From positions 620,001 through 684,000 of the forward strand of contig NW_020847607.1 in assembly GCF_003704095.1 (NCBI RefSeq): 64,000 bases of DNA, read 5' to 3'. This DNA is from Pocillopora damicornis (lineage: Eukaryota). Under the pieces are notes generated by a model that saw only the letters and a list, made by a program, of their open reading frames with translations, did not search any database and was not told the DNA's origin. Made by a program: the position numbers and the translations under genes. This document shows positions 1 through 12,803 of the stretch, one piece after another (the first letter of the stretch is position 1; every line of letters begins with the position of its first letter).

Positions 1-1203
1 AGCAAACAGTGGGCAAGCCAAAGCAAAGGCAGACTTCTCTTTCCATTCAATGTTATACGCATAAAAAGCCCTCTTGAACAATTCCTCATCGATAACAATC
101 AATTCCGTCATCTCATCGGCGATCACGGTGGCATTTCGTTCCTTCTTGTCGCTCATTAGAACCATCTCACCAAAACTCTTTCCACTTTTCAGATTTCCTA
201 GCTCATTTCCAAAGTACGCCACTCTTTCCTGGGCGCCGCGGACTGCACCCATGTCATGATGATGGTGGTAATCGGTGTGATGATCATCTTCCTTTCTGGC
301 GTAAATTGACACTACACCCTTAAGAATGACGTAGAAACTGCCAGAGAGTAATCGCATATTCAGATCATATTTTATTTCGAAGCAATAAATGCAAGTTCAT
401 AAACTATTCAACTGATGGATAGCGCGGAGCAGATAATAGAAGTAAATCAATGAACATACCCCTTATTTGATGGTTTAAAAAATTTTAAGCAGATATTTTC
501 CGTTACGTTGTATTTTCCAAGGGGCAAGAAAAAACACGAGCAATGAGCCGGAAGAGCCCTGAGAACGACCCTGAAGAGTACTCACCAGTTTCCCTTCTCC
601 CCCTGTCGTACGATGACATGATCTTTCTTTACTTTGATCAACTGCACATGTTTTATTAAGTTGACTAAAGTCTCTGTTAAAAAGGAACAAATAGTCTTAA
701 CCCCAACTCAAAATCGGAGTGTCTAGAGTACATTCTTCAAACAGATAACCATATAAATGTATACTTCTTACTAACCGAGTTAAATGTCCGTACTGTAAGT
801 TACGGATCCAGTTTCTTACTCTCGTATTTATGCATATTAGCCGTCAAGGAGGTTCCGTAATTTACAGTACATACCCAGAAAACGGTATAAGATATAAGAT
901 ATAAGGAAAATGTTTATCTTGATAACCCATGGGAGTTAAAGAAATTTTGTCTGTTCCAAATCACAAAGAAAACGGGTTCATTTCCAGCTGAAAAAACTAA
1001 ATCAGATCTATATAAAAAGAGTCTGTTGAGAGTGTGAGCACAGCCATACATTTACCATCTTCCAGGTTTTTAAACAAACTACTCCTGTGTCGAATCCATG
1101 GAAGAATACGCTGTATGTCGTCGATGCTTCTCTCTTCTGGTCTTCTACAGAGTAACTCCTCGGACAACTGCAATGTGGCTTGTAACAGAGGGTCGTTCGA
1201 CAT
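1..1203 (-). CDS. Cyclic nucleotide-binding domain protein (CNBD2-like), 5' part; exons 1203-1056, 673-586, 337-<1; continues beyond window
   Basis: Phase-compatible GT-AG splicing gives MSNDPLL...FKNLEDETLVNLIKHVQLIKVKKDHVIVRQGEKGNCFYVILKGVVSIY...GKSFGEMVLMSDKKERNATVIADEMTELIVIDEELF, a canonical CNB beta-roll with FGE...R.ATV phosphate-binding cassette. Confidence 0.85.
762..890. mobile_element. Degenerate palindromic MITE-like element in CNBD intron 1
   Basis: Inverted arms gtactgtaagttacgga / tccgtaatttacagtac. Confidence 0.45.
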
Positions 1204-3711
1204 GACGAGAGTACTACAAAAAAAGGATTTCTGACTCGACCAGCGTTAGGCCTTTTACGTCATAAAGATACCAGTCGAATTGCGCGCGCAACATGCATAC
1301 CTTCCATACAGTTTTGCGGGTGAAAATTAGCCTTGGTACGCCCGCTGGAATAGTCGCTATTTCTGTTTACATTTCAAAGTGGATGAAAACAAAGTATTAT
1401 CATTCGACTCACCGTGTAATTACTTCACATGTGGATCGGGACCTTCTGACTGCTTACCGCTGGTCTTTCTCGGGACGTGAGGTTGATTGGTTGCTTTTCA
1501 ACGACTGTGATGCAGATTTCGCTGAAGCCTTCCCTCTGCATATTCACAAAGCGTTACTCTCGGAGAAAGATGAGGGAGGGGAGGGCGAAGTGCGATCGTT
1601 TTGATGCAGACCTCAAGGATTGCCTTTCTAAATTAGTTCCCTCACCCTCCCCTATAAAAGCCACTCATGAAGGCTATTAAGGTACAAGGAAGGTATAGCT
1701 ATAAGTTTTAGCCCTAGTACTAAACTTTATGACCAACCTAGGCCGAATTAATTGAAGACATTAGATTTTTCCACCATAAAATGAATCAGAAAATAAAATA
1801 TGACTGAAAATATAAAATTCAAGGAAAGTAAGTTTCTTTCCTTGTTTTCCTTGCTTTGCCACAGATAATTGATAATACTTACCCAGTCTTTCCTCATCAA
1901 ATAAAAGACATTAACTCCGCTTTTTTCCCCAGTACGTCAAAGTGAGTTGAGTTCGACCTCTGATATGGATTGCGTAAAGTTTCGGAAATTGCGCAAGTAA
2001 GTGGCGTGTCTCAGTGTCGCTTCAAGTTCATGTCAGACATGTCGAGTACCTACTGTTTTGGGATTCCCAAAAGCCAGATATACCCTGATTAGCTGCCTGC
2101 TCTTGACCCAGAAAACGAAATAAAATCGCGTGCATTTTTATCATTTCATTTCGTTCAAGTCGAGTTTTTGGCAGCTAAAGTATTACAAGTGCAGGCCTTG
2201 GCGAGTGTAATTTAATTAACACGTGTTTAGGTGAAAAGTTCGATACTGTAAATATTCTCAGCATACTTTAAGGAGGTTGTTTCACTAAGTATCATTATTC
2301 TAAGCCAATTATTTTTTTTGGAGTCAGAAAGTGCCAGAAAGTGATCACAGTTTAATCCTGTGTTTTTTCATATCCACATATTTACTGATTTTTTTTTCGA
2401 GAAGCGTTTGAGGGCTTTAAACCAGCGAACGGCAAATAGCACGAATTTGTTGTACGCTTTATTCGCAGTTTTCACAGCATTCATTTCAATGGCAAATGGA
2501 AAACGACAAAAAATATATCTGATCAATTCAATATCTTATACAATAAATCACATAATTAAAGATATATTTTTTTTTGCATTAAACGCAACAACCATTAGTC
2601 CTTAAACCCTGGTTTAAAAAAAGGTTAGCGATTAACATCAAAAAATAACCATACCATGGTGGGTCATAACACACTACATCGGTGGTGGAGCCAGGTTGCC
2701 AAATTGAAGTTACAGTGTTTTTATTTAAAAAATTTCTCACGTTATTTTAGGAAGACTTTGCACTTACTATGACAGCTTCTTGCCTTAAACTCATGCACTT
2801 TTCATGACACTTCTTCCGGTCTACAGCGTCTGGTAATAAATTACACACACGCACTGCTATTCATTAAAAATAACAAATCCTAAAGTATTCACTCCGCTCG
2901 GGTTACAGACTGAATAGATTATTTATAGCAAGCCTCACGCGGGTGAAGAGAGAATATNNNNNNNNNNNNNNNNNNNNNNNNNNNNNNNNNNNNNNNNNNN
3001 NNNNNNNNNNNNNNNNNNNNNNNNNNNNNNNNNNNNNNNNNNNNNNNNNNNNNNNNNAGTGAGTTACTACCCTGCTGTGATGTTTTTTCTTTTTAGAAAT
3101 AAGAATTAGCTTATTGGTATTAGAAAAATTATATATTTTTGACCAATCAGAGTGCGCATAGTTTCTCAGCTATGTTAAAAGGCAATATACCTTGCACTTT
3201 CTGTAGATTTATCACGCGGAATTTTGCCAGAAAACGAGTGAAACTTGTAAAACACGAGTTCCTCTTTTGACTCCTTAGAGCAACTATCGATAAACCGATC
3301 GAGGGCGCCGTCAAGTAATTCTGTAAAATAACCACGGCTTTCACAGATACGAGAAATGACGGCTTTTTTACCATTCACGCCAGACAATTGAACTTTTCAG
3401 TTCAAACGGACATGTTTTTTTGTTCTTTGTCTTTTTTTTTGTTTTTTGTTTTTTTTTTTTTGAGACAATATAATATAAGTATTTATTCTCGTTTTACTTA
3501 CTCCAATGGCTAGTACAGCTAATACATTCAGAAAAATAATCCCTATCTCCTGTAGCCTGTGAAACAGGCGTAATTTTATTTGATCTGAGTATTATTGCAA
3601 TCGGTGGTAAGCACGAAGCGAGTGCGAGGCAAGTGCGAGGTGAGCGATGCAAAAAAAAGAAGCTTGTCCTTCATGGTTTACTGACCGGACTTTTCTTTTC
3701 TTCTTGTAAAG

Positions 3712-6700
3712 ATGCCTTTAAGCAGCTGAATCAGAGTGTTGATCCTTGTGAGGATTTTTACGAGTATGTGTGCGGCGGATGGGAAAACGAGAACCCTTTA
3801 GGAGATAGTGAGACGTTTGTTACTGGCCTTACATTGGCTAGAGAGAGAAGCTACAATACACTCAGGGCCGCTTTAGAAAATGCCAACAGAAACTACTTAC
3901 AAGTAAGTAAAATTATGGGCTGTTTTTCTTCCCTCGTTGTGGTCTTTTCTGCTGACCAAGGCATATCACTTTCATTTCCAGAATGACGCTGTTATGAAGA
4001 CACTGGGTTTCTTCAACGCCTGCAATAACACAGCGGCTGTCGAGGCTCTGGGAGATGATCCGCTCAAGAAGTTGATTGACCAAATGGGGGGATGGAACGT
4101 GACTGGTAACATGACACCCTTGTCACTGATGAGCATCACAGAGAGGATTGCTAAAGTAACAAGGGAATTGTTTATCAAACCTTTTGTTGACATTGGAGTG
4201 TCTGTAGATCCTCATAACTCCAACAAACACATTCTGCAGGTCAGTTGTTATCTCTAACGCTCTTGAAAGAAAAGTATGTTTAATCTAAAGGAATATTAAG
4301 TCATAACTTACCACTTTTGACATTCCTAAGAGTGATCTAATTTCTAACCGGTCGGGAGTGGTCTTTTGATGCGTTAAAAATCTGACTATGGAGGCTGCCA
4401 TTTTGTGAAAAATAACTTAGTAACCTGGCTGCACAATTCACCAACGGCTGCTGCTTTGGTTATTGCGAATAGGAATAAAATCAAAATCATTATTCGAGCC
4501 AAGATGGAAAGACTTCTCGACCAATTTCAAATAAGAATGGAAATTCACGCGAGTGGATTTTGAGTAAAAGAACAAATTTTTATCAGAAATCATTCGATTG
4601 AGTGATAATGATTTGGAGATTAAGAGATTATCCTAAGGAAGGGAACTTGCCCTATCTTCATAATTTGATATAAATCTATTGTAGTTTCGTGAGGGACAAC
4701 TTGGTATGGTTAAATCCTATTACGCGAAGAGTACAACCGAACATCAAGCTGTAAGTACACGCATGCGTAATCAAAGAAACCCTTAAGGTTAGTGTACAGT
4801 TATTATCAGATCTCTCGTAGGACATTGCGCACACGTTGTGAGGACATCCAACGACGTTCACTGTCTTCTAAATGGTTGTAGTTGCNNNNNNNNNNNNNNN
4901 NNNNNNNNNNNNNNNNNNNNNNNNNNNNNNNNNNNNNNNNNNNNNNNNNNNNNNNNNNNNNNNNNNNNNNNNNNNNNNNNNNNNNGCGTGGCCTATGTCA
5001 CTTTATTCCTTGTCTTTTGAATAAAGATGTTATTGTGTTTCCTCATTTGAATTTCTTTCTGTGTTTTTCCCCTCGTTATTCAGCTCGAAAACCTTGTGGA
5101 CTTGGTAAATGCAGTTTTTAAAAAACAGGGTCGGAAATTCAAGAAAGACGAGTTAATTGTCGCGTATCCCATAGATTTTTACGTCAGAATTTTCAAGTTT
5201 TACGAGGAAAAAACAAGAACGTAAGTGTTTGGGATTTTATCTTGTTCAGCATTTATTACATCATTCAGAAAACCGCGAAACGGAAAATGTTGTCCATGTT
5301 GGATTAATTAATTTACATATGGTAGTCATTTTACTTCACGTAATTACATTTTGTGTTAACTGACTATGCAGCTGAAACTTGCGATAAAGATGAGCAATTC
5401 GTGAAATACAGACGGCGCGGTTTAAACCTATGAAATTGCTTGCGGATTGCTTACAAAGAGAGAAAAAAAATTTTGGGATGAAGTATGAAAGGTAGTTCAT
5501 CAGTACTATGCACGGTCGTTGAATGAAGAGAGATTTGGTGATTAAGTTGTCACGAGCGAAGGACAAAGAAGAAACGTGAGCTTCCCACGAAGCTTGGAAC
5601 CTCAGACCTTTTGTTTTCGCGGTCGGATGTGGTATCAACTTGATAAACTTTAATGTCACCCACCAACGAAGCTTCGTTAATAGCTTAGTGTCCATCAAAT
5701 ACAAATCCATCATCTTGATAGCTTACATTTCAACAAATAAGAGCTGTGTAGAGTTGTAGATTGAAAAGGTTAAATATTGCATCACGAAATATTAAAAGAG
5801 CGGTTAATTATCCCTCACCAGCCGAACTTTTCCAGCAGTTTGCAATAACTTGTAACTTGTAACGTGATGGAAGAGCGCTCAATGTTTCCTAGTAAAGTAT
5901 TGAGCGAAATTTTGGAGGTGAGTTATCGCTATCTCATGACGCGAATTTACGCTCCCCACGGTGACTTCTACGTACATGGCTGAAATTCATTTGCAGCCGA
6001 AATAACGTATCGACGCCGAAATGTCAACTTTTTTTTATTTGGTCGAACGTAAGGGGAATTCGTTTTCTTGATAAGGTCTATCTTAATTCGAACTGAGTGT
6101 GACCTATCAGATTTTTGGCGTCTCAACTTGGAAATTCCTTTCGTGACCCTTTGAGGTAAGGATACATTTACATTTTCCTGATTTCTTTCATCATTTAAAT
6201 TTGCATGCAGGGATCCCTTGGTTGTTGTTAATTACATCATTTGGACTGTTATCAATAACTTTATCGAAACAATGCCGCGAAAATACCGAGAGGCCCGGGA
6301 CGAGTATGTGACCGCCATGTCAGGAAACAGCACCAGATACCGCTGGAAAGATTGCATTGACAGAATGCAGCCAGTATTTGGAATGCCGCTTGGCTTGCTG
6401 TTTGTGGACGTAGCATTCGATGAAAAAAGCAAGGAAACGGTAAAAAGGATAACTCAAAAAGTTAACCCCGGTATTATAGTTTTACCACAATATCCGGAAA
6501 TGAGTGAAGTTAGTTGTATGCGCATGCGTGACGATAGAAATACGATGACTTCGCAATAAAATGACGTCAACAAGGAATTTAAAACTTGTAAAGAAAATGT
6601 TCCACTGAATAAGTTGCCCTCTTCCGTGTGTTTCTGATATTTATTCTATACTATTTAATACTACAGATATTATCCTAGTCTTTCTGTCATTTGTTACAAT

Positions 6701-9700
6701 GATGTAGTTGTCATTTCTTCCAGATAACGCAAATGACCAGACTCATAAAGGATGAGTTTTTCAAGAGTGTTGATGCTCTTCCTTGGATGTCAGACGAGAC
6801 GAAGGCAAAGGCGAAAGAGAAGGTTAGAAGTTATTAAAGTTGTAGGATCTAGGTCACGAATTAGTTTTAAATTGTGAAGCTCGTCATTTCCATTTCGTGT
6901 TATTCTTGCAATTTGAGTATCGAAAGTAATCCGGGGATTGCTTTAGTTTTGCTTTACTTCGCTGTGTGATTGGTTCAGGAAACCCGCGTCACTTTTTCAT
7001 CCAATCAGATGCAAAGCTAAAACCGATCACGACTTGAACACCCCCATTTTCCCGCGCTTTAGGCAGTTCGGTTGTGTTAAATTTGATTGGCCGTTGTGAT
7101 AACTTTGGTTTTTGTTTTTACCACACTCAATAAAAAAGCTCTCTATACATTTTCAGCCATCCCTATCGCTTCTTGGTTTTTTATTCCTCTTTTTTGTTTG
7201 TTTGTTTTTTTTTTTAACTCACTGAAGTAATATTTTTTAAGGCTTCAACCAGCAAGATGAAGATATTTTGACAGGGTTCGGAAGCATGATGTAAGGAGTG
7301 ACTCAACTCAACTCAATTTTCCCAGTTAACACTCTAACAACTTTCAAGGTACTAGTCTTTCTCCTTTGCAGGCCAATGCTATTGCCGAAGACATAGGTTA
7401 CCCAAGCTACATCAAAGACCCGTCAAAGCTAGCCGCTACGCTTAAAGGAGTAAGTTGTTCTTGATCAAACTGGAGTCCGAGTGATGCTTTGAATATATCT
7501 GATATTATGTTTCAGAAAAAGCTTCGACAGACTCTATTGCATATCAACAACTTTTATGTAATTTAAACAAAAGTGTAATTGAGAAAAAAGCAGTGTTTGC
7601 TCAGATGACAAAAACCTTGACACCAAGAGTGTCAACTGGCGAGACCCATTATTGACTCCGACCGCTGTACCTTTTTTTTTTACAGCTGAAGGTTGGCGAT
7701 AACCTATTTGAGAACACCGTTAGTGCCATGGCGTTTGCCGCTAACCAATCATACAGTGTATTGGACAAACCTGTGGACAGAGACAAGTGAGACTACGTTA
7801 CATCATAAATTAGCTAACAATGATATTCCTTGCGTAGTCATAGGGTGTGGCCAATTTAAAATGTCCTCTGACGTCATCGCTGCATAGTCAAATAAAAACG
7901 CTAGAATAACTGAGACCACCTACCGGAAATACGTATATTGAACGAGTTTATGGTTAGTTGTAAGTGGAATTACAACAGAACCTTCATCCAGAAGGGACAC
8001 TCGCAGGAGTAGAAAAAAGTGTTCCAGAAATAGTGCTGTCCTACTCACTCATTGGAGGTAACAGATACAAAAGTTATACAGTGTAACCTCCATTCGAGGG
8101 ACATTTTCGGTACTAAAAAAAAAATCTTCCAAGACGGAGGAGGCGTCTCAAAAGATAAATTCCCTATTAGTATTTGGGCCTTAAACGGTTTTGTCTTCCT
8201 TTGATTCCCGGCAGGTGGTTCCTAGGCCCCTCGCAAGTAAATGGTTACTATTCACCAAGACAAAACCGCATTGGTAAGCCTCACTGCAAAAAAGCATGAT
8301 CAACAAATAGGCAAATAAATAGGGATGTTACGCAAAAGCCTTTTTTACCCGGTTGGACGAACTTCGGTTGTTACCTCTGCAAAACACATGCAGTTTTATT
8401 ACAAACTGAATGAGCACTAAAAGTTTGTGACATAAAAAAAATACCGAAGCATGATGAAGATATTTTTAGGCTGTATCTGTACGCTGTAAGCATATAATGA
8501 TATTATTTGATTTTGTTCTTTGATGTTCCAGTGTTCCTGGCGGCCATTTTACAACCCCCTTTTTACAATCCGGATTACCCAAAGTAAGTACAATAATAAC
8601 GACAAACAAACCAAAAAGAACCTCTTAACCTTCTTGAAGAATCGATTCTGACCAAATACAACTGACCTCGATCTTTACCTAAGTCTTTACTTAAGTAATT
8701 AGTCAATCATCAATTAAATCTTTATTATCTCGAATTGCTTTGGCTTTGTTTTACTTCGCTCTGTGATTGGTCCAGAAAAAGTGCCACTCTCTCAACCAAT
8801 CAGATGCAAAGCCAAAACCAGTCGCCCCTTGGTCACTCGCTTTTTCCCGCGCTTTACGCGGTTTACTCCTTTTTTACTATACCTTCTCATTGGCTCGTTA
8901 TGANNNNNNNNNNNNNNNNNNNNNNNNNNNNNNNNNNNNNNNNNNNNNNNNNNNNNNNNNNNNNNNNNNNNNNNNNNNNNNNNNNNNNNNNNNNNNNNNN
9001 NNNNNNNNNNNNNNNNNNNNNNNNNNNNNNNNNNNNNNNNNNNNNNNNNNNNNNNNNNNNNNNNNNNNNNNNNNNNNNNNNNNNNNNNNNNNNNNNNNNN
9101 NNNNNNNNNNNNNNNNNNNNNNNNNNNNNNNNNNNNNNNNNNNNNNNNNNNNNNNNNNNNNNNNNNNNNNNNNNNNNNNNNNNNNNNNNNNNNNNNNNNN
9201 NNNNNNNNNNNNNNNNNNNNNNNNNNNNNNNNNNNNNNNNNNNNNNNNNNNNNNNNNNNNNNNNNNNNNNNNNNNNNNNNNNNNNNNNNNNNNNNNNNNN
9301 NNNNNNNNNNNNACTTTTTGGGGAATGGTTTTTACTCGTTAGTAAAAATATGACCAATATCCGTAAAAATATGACCGATATCCATATTGACCTCACATCC
9401 GGTCGATAACGCGTATCTACATCTACATGATGTTTAGTTTGACTAGAACGTTTAAACAAATGAGTTTTTCATATTTTTCAGGAAAATTTTTCGATAAGGA
9501 TGGTAACATAAAAAACTGGTGGTCCATCGTCTCTCATTTAGGTTTTAGTAAAAGGACAGAGTGTTTTGCTAAACAGTATTCACAGTACGAAGTTTATGGT
9601 AAAAAGGTAAACTAATTTTGCTCTTCTTTTGAACATTGCATAACAAGCGCTAGATTCAGCGCTAGATTCAGTCATCTACCCATGCAAGCGCGAGCGAAAT

Positions 9701-11509
9701 TTCATGCGCGCATGACGTTTCTGCTCTTTCTTGTGCATGTTACGTTTTTGAAGCGACAGAGCTGTTTAAAATCTGGTCAAACCACATTAGAAAAATTAGT
9801 TTGGCGAAAAGCATCGAGACTTGTGCGTATCGATGCTGGTATTTCGGGATAAGTGTTCTACACGTGATTCCTAACTCTCATATCAGCGAGAAAGTGGAAA
9901 CTTCAGAAAGCCCACAGATTGTTTTGTATTCTTAACCCAGGTCCAACCTACCGAAATGAGCTACAGAGTAAGACGAACTTATTATATATTTACTTTTTTA
10001 TTTGTTATCTGCAGATAAATGGAAATAAGACAAAGAACGAGAACATCGCCGACAACGGAGGGATCAAACTGGCATACAAAGTACGACTATTCCATAATTT
10101 TGAATTCAAAGCGAACCTAAAATAACCCGGCTAATCTTGAAATAAATATGTTCCATTTTGTATTTGTTCCCTCTCAGGCGTATGAGGCACTTGTCCAAAA
10201 AGAAGGAACCGAGGGGGCTCTGCCAGGACTGGGACTAACAGAAGAACAATTGTTTTTTGTGGGTTTCGCGCGGGTTTGTACACCACAGTTAAACTCTTTA
10301 CGCACTATTACAACAGAGCTTAGCTGAGGAATCGAGTCTCGTTACAATTTGTTTTACCACAAGATCAAAATTTCCCTTTGGGCTACGCCCCAAATTAAGT
10401 TGGCTGCAACAGACTTGAGAGGAGGAAGCTGCAGTGGTTAGATCGCACGCCTCCGTCCGCAAAGGCCTGGGTTCGATTCCCGAACCTGACGTCACATATG
10501 AAGCCAGTTATTATTTAAAGATGGCTCTTGCCCTTAATCCAAAGTTTTGTTCACATTCTTTGGTTGTTCTTGCTACACACGAACAAAAACTCCAAATTCC
10601 GAATGACTCTCAGGGAAAACCGTTTTTTTTAATCAAGCGAGAAAGCATGCCCCCAACAAACGAATGTTCTTGTATAGTTTTTAAGCTTTACATTTATTCA
10701 TTTTTAGCCGTGGTGTAGTATCTTCAGGAAGAAAGCAGCGCATCTTCAACTTGAAACTGATAAACACACGTTTTCTAAATACAGGTAATAACATTTGTCA
10801 GTGTGTCAGAACAAGGGGAATCCCACCGGAATCAAGCTGATATCCCGGCCACCACTGTGCCAGGAATTCCGACAGAAATCCCGTCAGGGATCGCGCCGGA
10901 ATCCTGCTAGAGATTGTGTTGTGAATCCCGCCTCGGATCGCACCCGGAATAGTCCCCAAATTTCCCCCCTGGGTCGTGCTGGGAATCCTGTTTAGAATCG
11001 TTCCTGAGATCCGTTCAGGATCGCGCCTGTGATCACGCCTGGGTTCTCACCGAGGTTCCCGCCAAGAGCCCTGCTTGCGATCGTTTCAGGGTTACTATCC
11101 GGGATTGCGCCGGGAATCCAGCCTTAAGTCCCGTCTGGGATTGCGCTGGAAATCACGCCAGGAATCCACTTTAGTATGGTGCCTGTTATCCCACAGGGAT
11201 AAGAGGAAGATACTATAGTAATAATAGGGTACTAACACTACTACTGATAATAATAATGATAATAGTGATAAGTAATAATAGAAGATAATAGGAGCCGTAA
11301 TAGCGCCTGATGACCTACTGGGATTTCTCTGGATTTTGCTGCAATTTAGTCGGGTGCTGGCCAGATTCGTGCCCATATAAACTAGTATTATTCGTCGTTC
11401 TTCTTACAGAATTATTGGCACGCTCCATAACTATGACAAGTTCGCAGAGGTTTTCAGCTGCAAGCCAGGATCTGCCATGAACCCCCAGAATAAATGCACC
11501 TTGTGGTAA
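3712..11509 (+). CDS. M13 family zinc metallopeptidase (neprilysin/endothelin-converting enzyme-like), partial; visible exons 3712-3902, 3982-4239, 5084-5220, 6211-6439, 6724-6822, 7372-7449, 7686-7786, 8215-8273, 8532-8583, 9482-9606, 10015-10080, 10178-10273, 10708-10784, 11410-11509
   Basis: Motifs DPCEDFYEYVCGGW, WMSDETKAKAKEK, IGYP, VNGYYSP, ILQPPFY, FDKDGNIKNWWS, ENIADNGG, QLFFVGFA and terminal MNPQNKCTLW*. The 5' exon(s), part of the middle and the HExxH exon are missing and probably lie in gaps 2958-3057, 4886-4985 and 8904-9312. Confidence 0.92.
6910..7145. mobile_element. CCAAT-rich MITE-like interspersed repeat (family copies also at 8733-8903, 35231-35494, ~39850-39965)
   Basis: Shared blocks tgtgattggt(t/c)cag, ccaatcagatgcaaa and ttttcccgcgc in several introns; loosely inverted termini. 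Confidence 0.7.
8733..8903. mobile_element. CCAAT-rich MITE-like repeat copy, truncated by gap
   Basis: Aligns with 6935-7070. Confidence 0.65.
10425..10600 (+). mobile_element. tRNA-derived SINE remnant
   Basis: A-box-like gcagtggttagatcgc and B-box gggttcgattccc, but no complete cloverleaf. Confidence 0.55.
10815..11170. repeat. GC-rich degenerate minisatellite (ggatcgcgccgg(g)aatcc-like units) in last M13 intron
   Basis: Many variants of ggatcgcgccggaatcc / gggattgcgccgggaatcc; related unit at ~13695-13712. Confidence 0.6.
11213..11290. repeat. (TAA/TAG/TAC)n trinucleotide low-complexity tract
   Basis: taataataatgataatagtgataagtaataata. Confidence 0.6.
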
Positions 11510-12803
11510 TCAAGGTACGATTGAACCCAGCCTTTTACTCGATATAATCGTGGTAACATCAGAGCGCACTGCAAACTTGAGCTGACGAGCAATATATTGG
11601 TATGGTTCGGATGTCGATAACTTGTCAAGTGCTGATGCAAATTAGGCCTGAGCCCGTAGTCTCATTCATACCAGGACAGTGCCATCAGTACCAATACTGT
11701 AACCATGGAACTATTGATTGAATGATATCCTAACGTAGAATAATGATAACTTTCTTTTGTTAATAATAATCCGGTCTTTCAAATATTTCTTCTATTATTC
11801 TTTTGGATGGTGAAATCGTGACATTGCTATACTGAGGGTCCCAACCTATCCGCGTTTTTGAAAATACACTATAAATTTCCACATTTTGTGTCGTACTTGA
11901 ATGTGAGATTTATGAAAAGCAGTTATTGAATCTTAGTGTTTGAGGAAGGAACAGCTGCTTTTCCATTTAACAAATAAGTCTCACGAGCATTTTATTTGAA
12001 CAAACATAGCCATAGCGTATAGAGTACAATTACCTCACAGTTTTAAATTAGGCATATTGTACTTTGAAGGCTGTCGAAAAAACTGCTTTCATAGTTTAAA
12101 CGGTAAACTCTTTGAGTGCCTCTCAATCGCAAGTAATAAGGTATAATGTTTAAACTTAGGATTACTAAGAAATGGTTGATGTTTAAGACAAAAGATTTCT
12201 CTTTATTTATCTTCCATAAACATATTCATGTAAATAAAGTTCACTTATTCTTGGAGACATGAACTTATTTATTTTCCTTTGGCTGCATTCCTTTTTCTTC
12301 TCAAAAGTGTATTATTTGAAAACGCTTGCAATATGTTTTGGTACGATATCTGCACAGCGCCATACTTCATGATACAGAAAGTTCTTAGACAAAGAAAAGA
12401 TGGCGAAAACAATAGATCACCTTTGAGACCACAGCCTTATTTTATAATAGTATGGGACTTTGCAGAAATCTTGCCCGCGATGTTTTTGTTAGGATTATAA
12501 AATTGCTATTGGATTTTATTTGCACAAAAAGTAAAACAAACTTTCTATCTTCAAGTCTTTACCGTCCTACCGCGGAAGAAATTACGACTCACGCGGAGCT
12601 ATCAAAGCTGTCTTGCCCTACAAATAAAAAGTGAAATAACTTTCCCGGTGGCACAATAAATCAATGATAAAAAAAAATCTACACATTGTCTGTATTTGTA
12701 GAGATTCACACACAAAGAGCCCAGTCAAACAGAAAATGAAACATAAACGAACCAAACCCAGCTAGAATCCGTAAAAGTCTCGTTCAAACCGTCAGTGTCT
12801 ACG

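Noticed and set aside
1293-1680. Plus-strand ORFs upstream of the M13 gene
   Set aside because: No recognisable domain or signal-anchor, and no splice link to the M13 exons could be established
8735-9459. Long ORFs spanning N runs (also 4838-5121, 15992-16615, 16810-17109)
   Set aside because: Artefacts of assembly gaps
10425-10490. Functional tRNA gene
   Set aside because: A/B boxes are present but acceptor and anticodon stems do not pair; better explained as a SINE head
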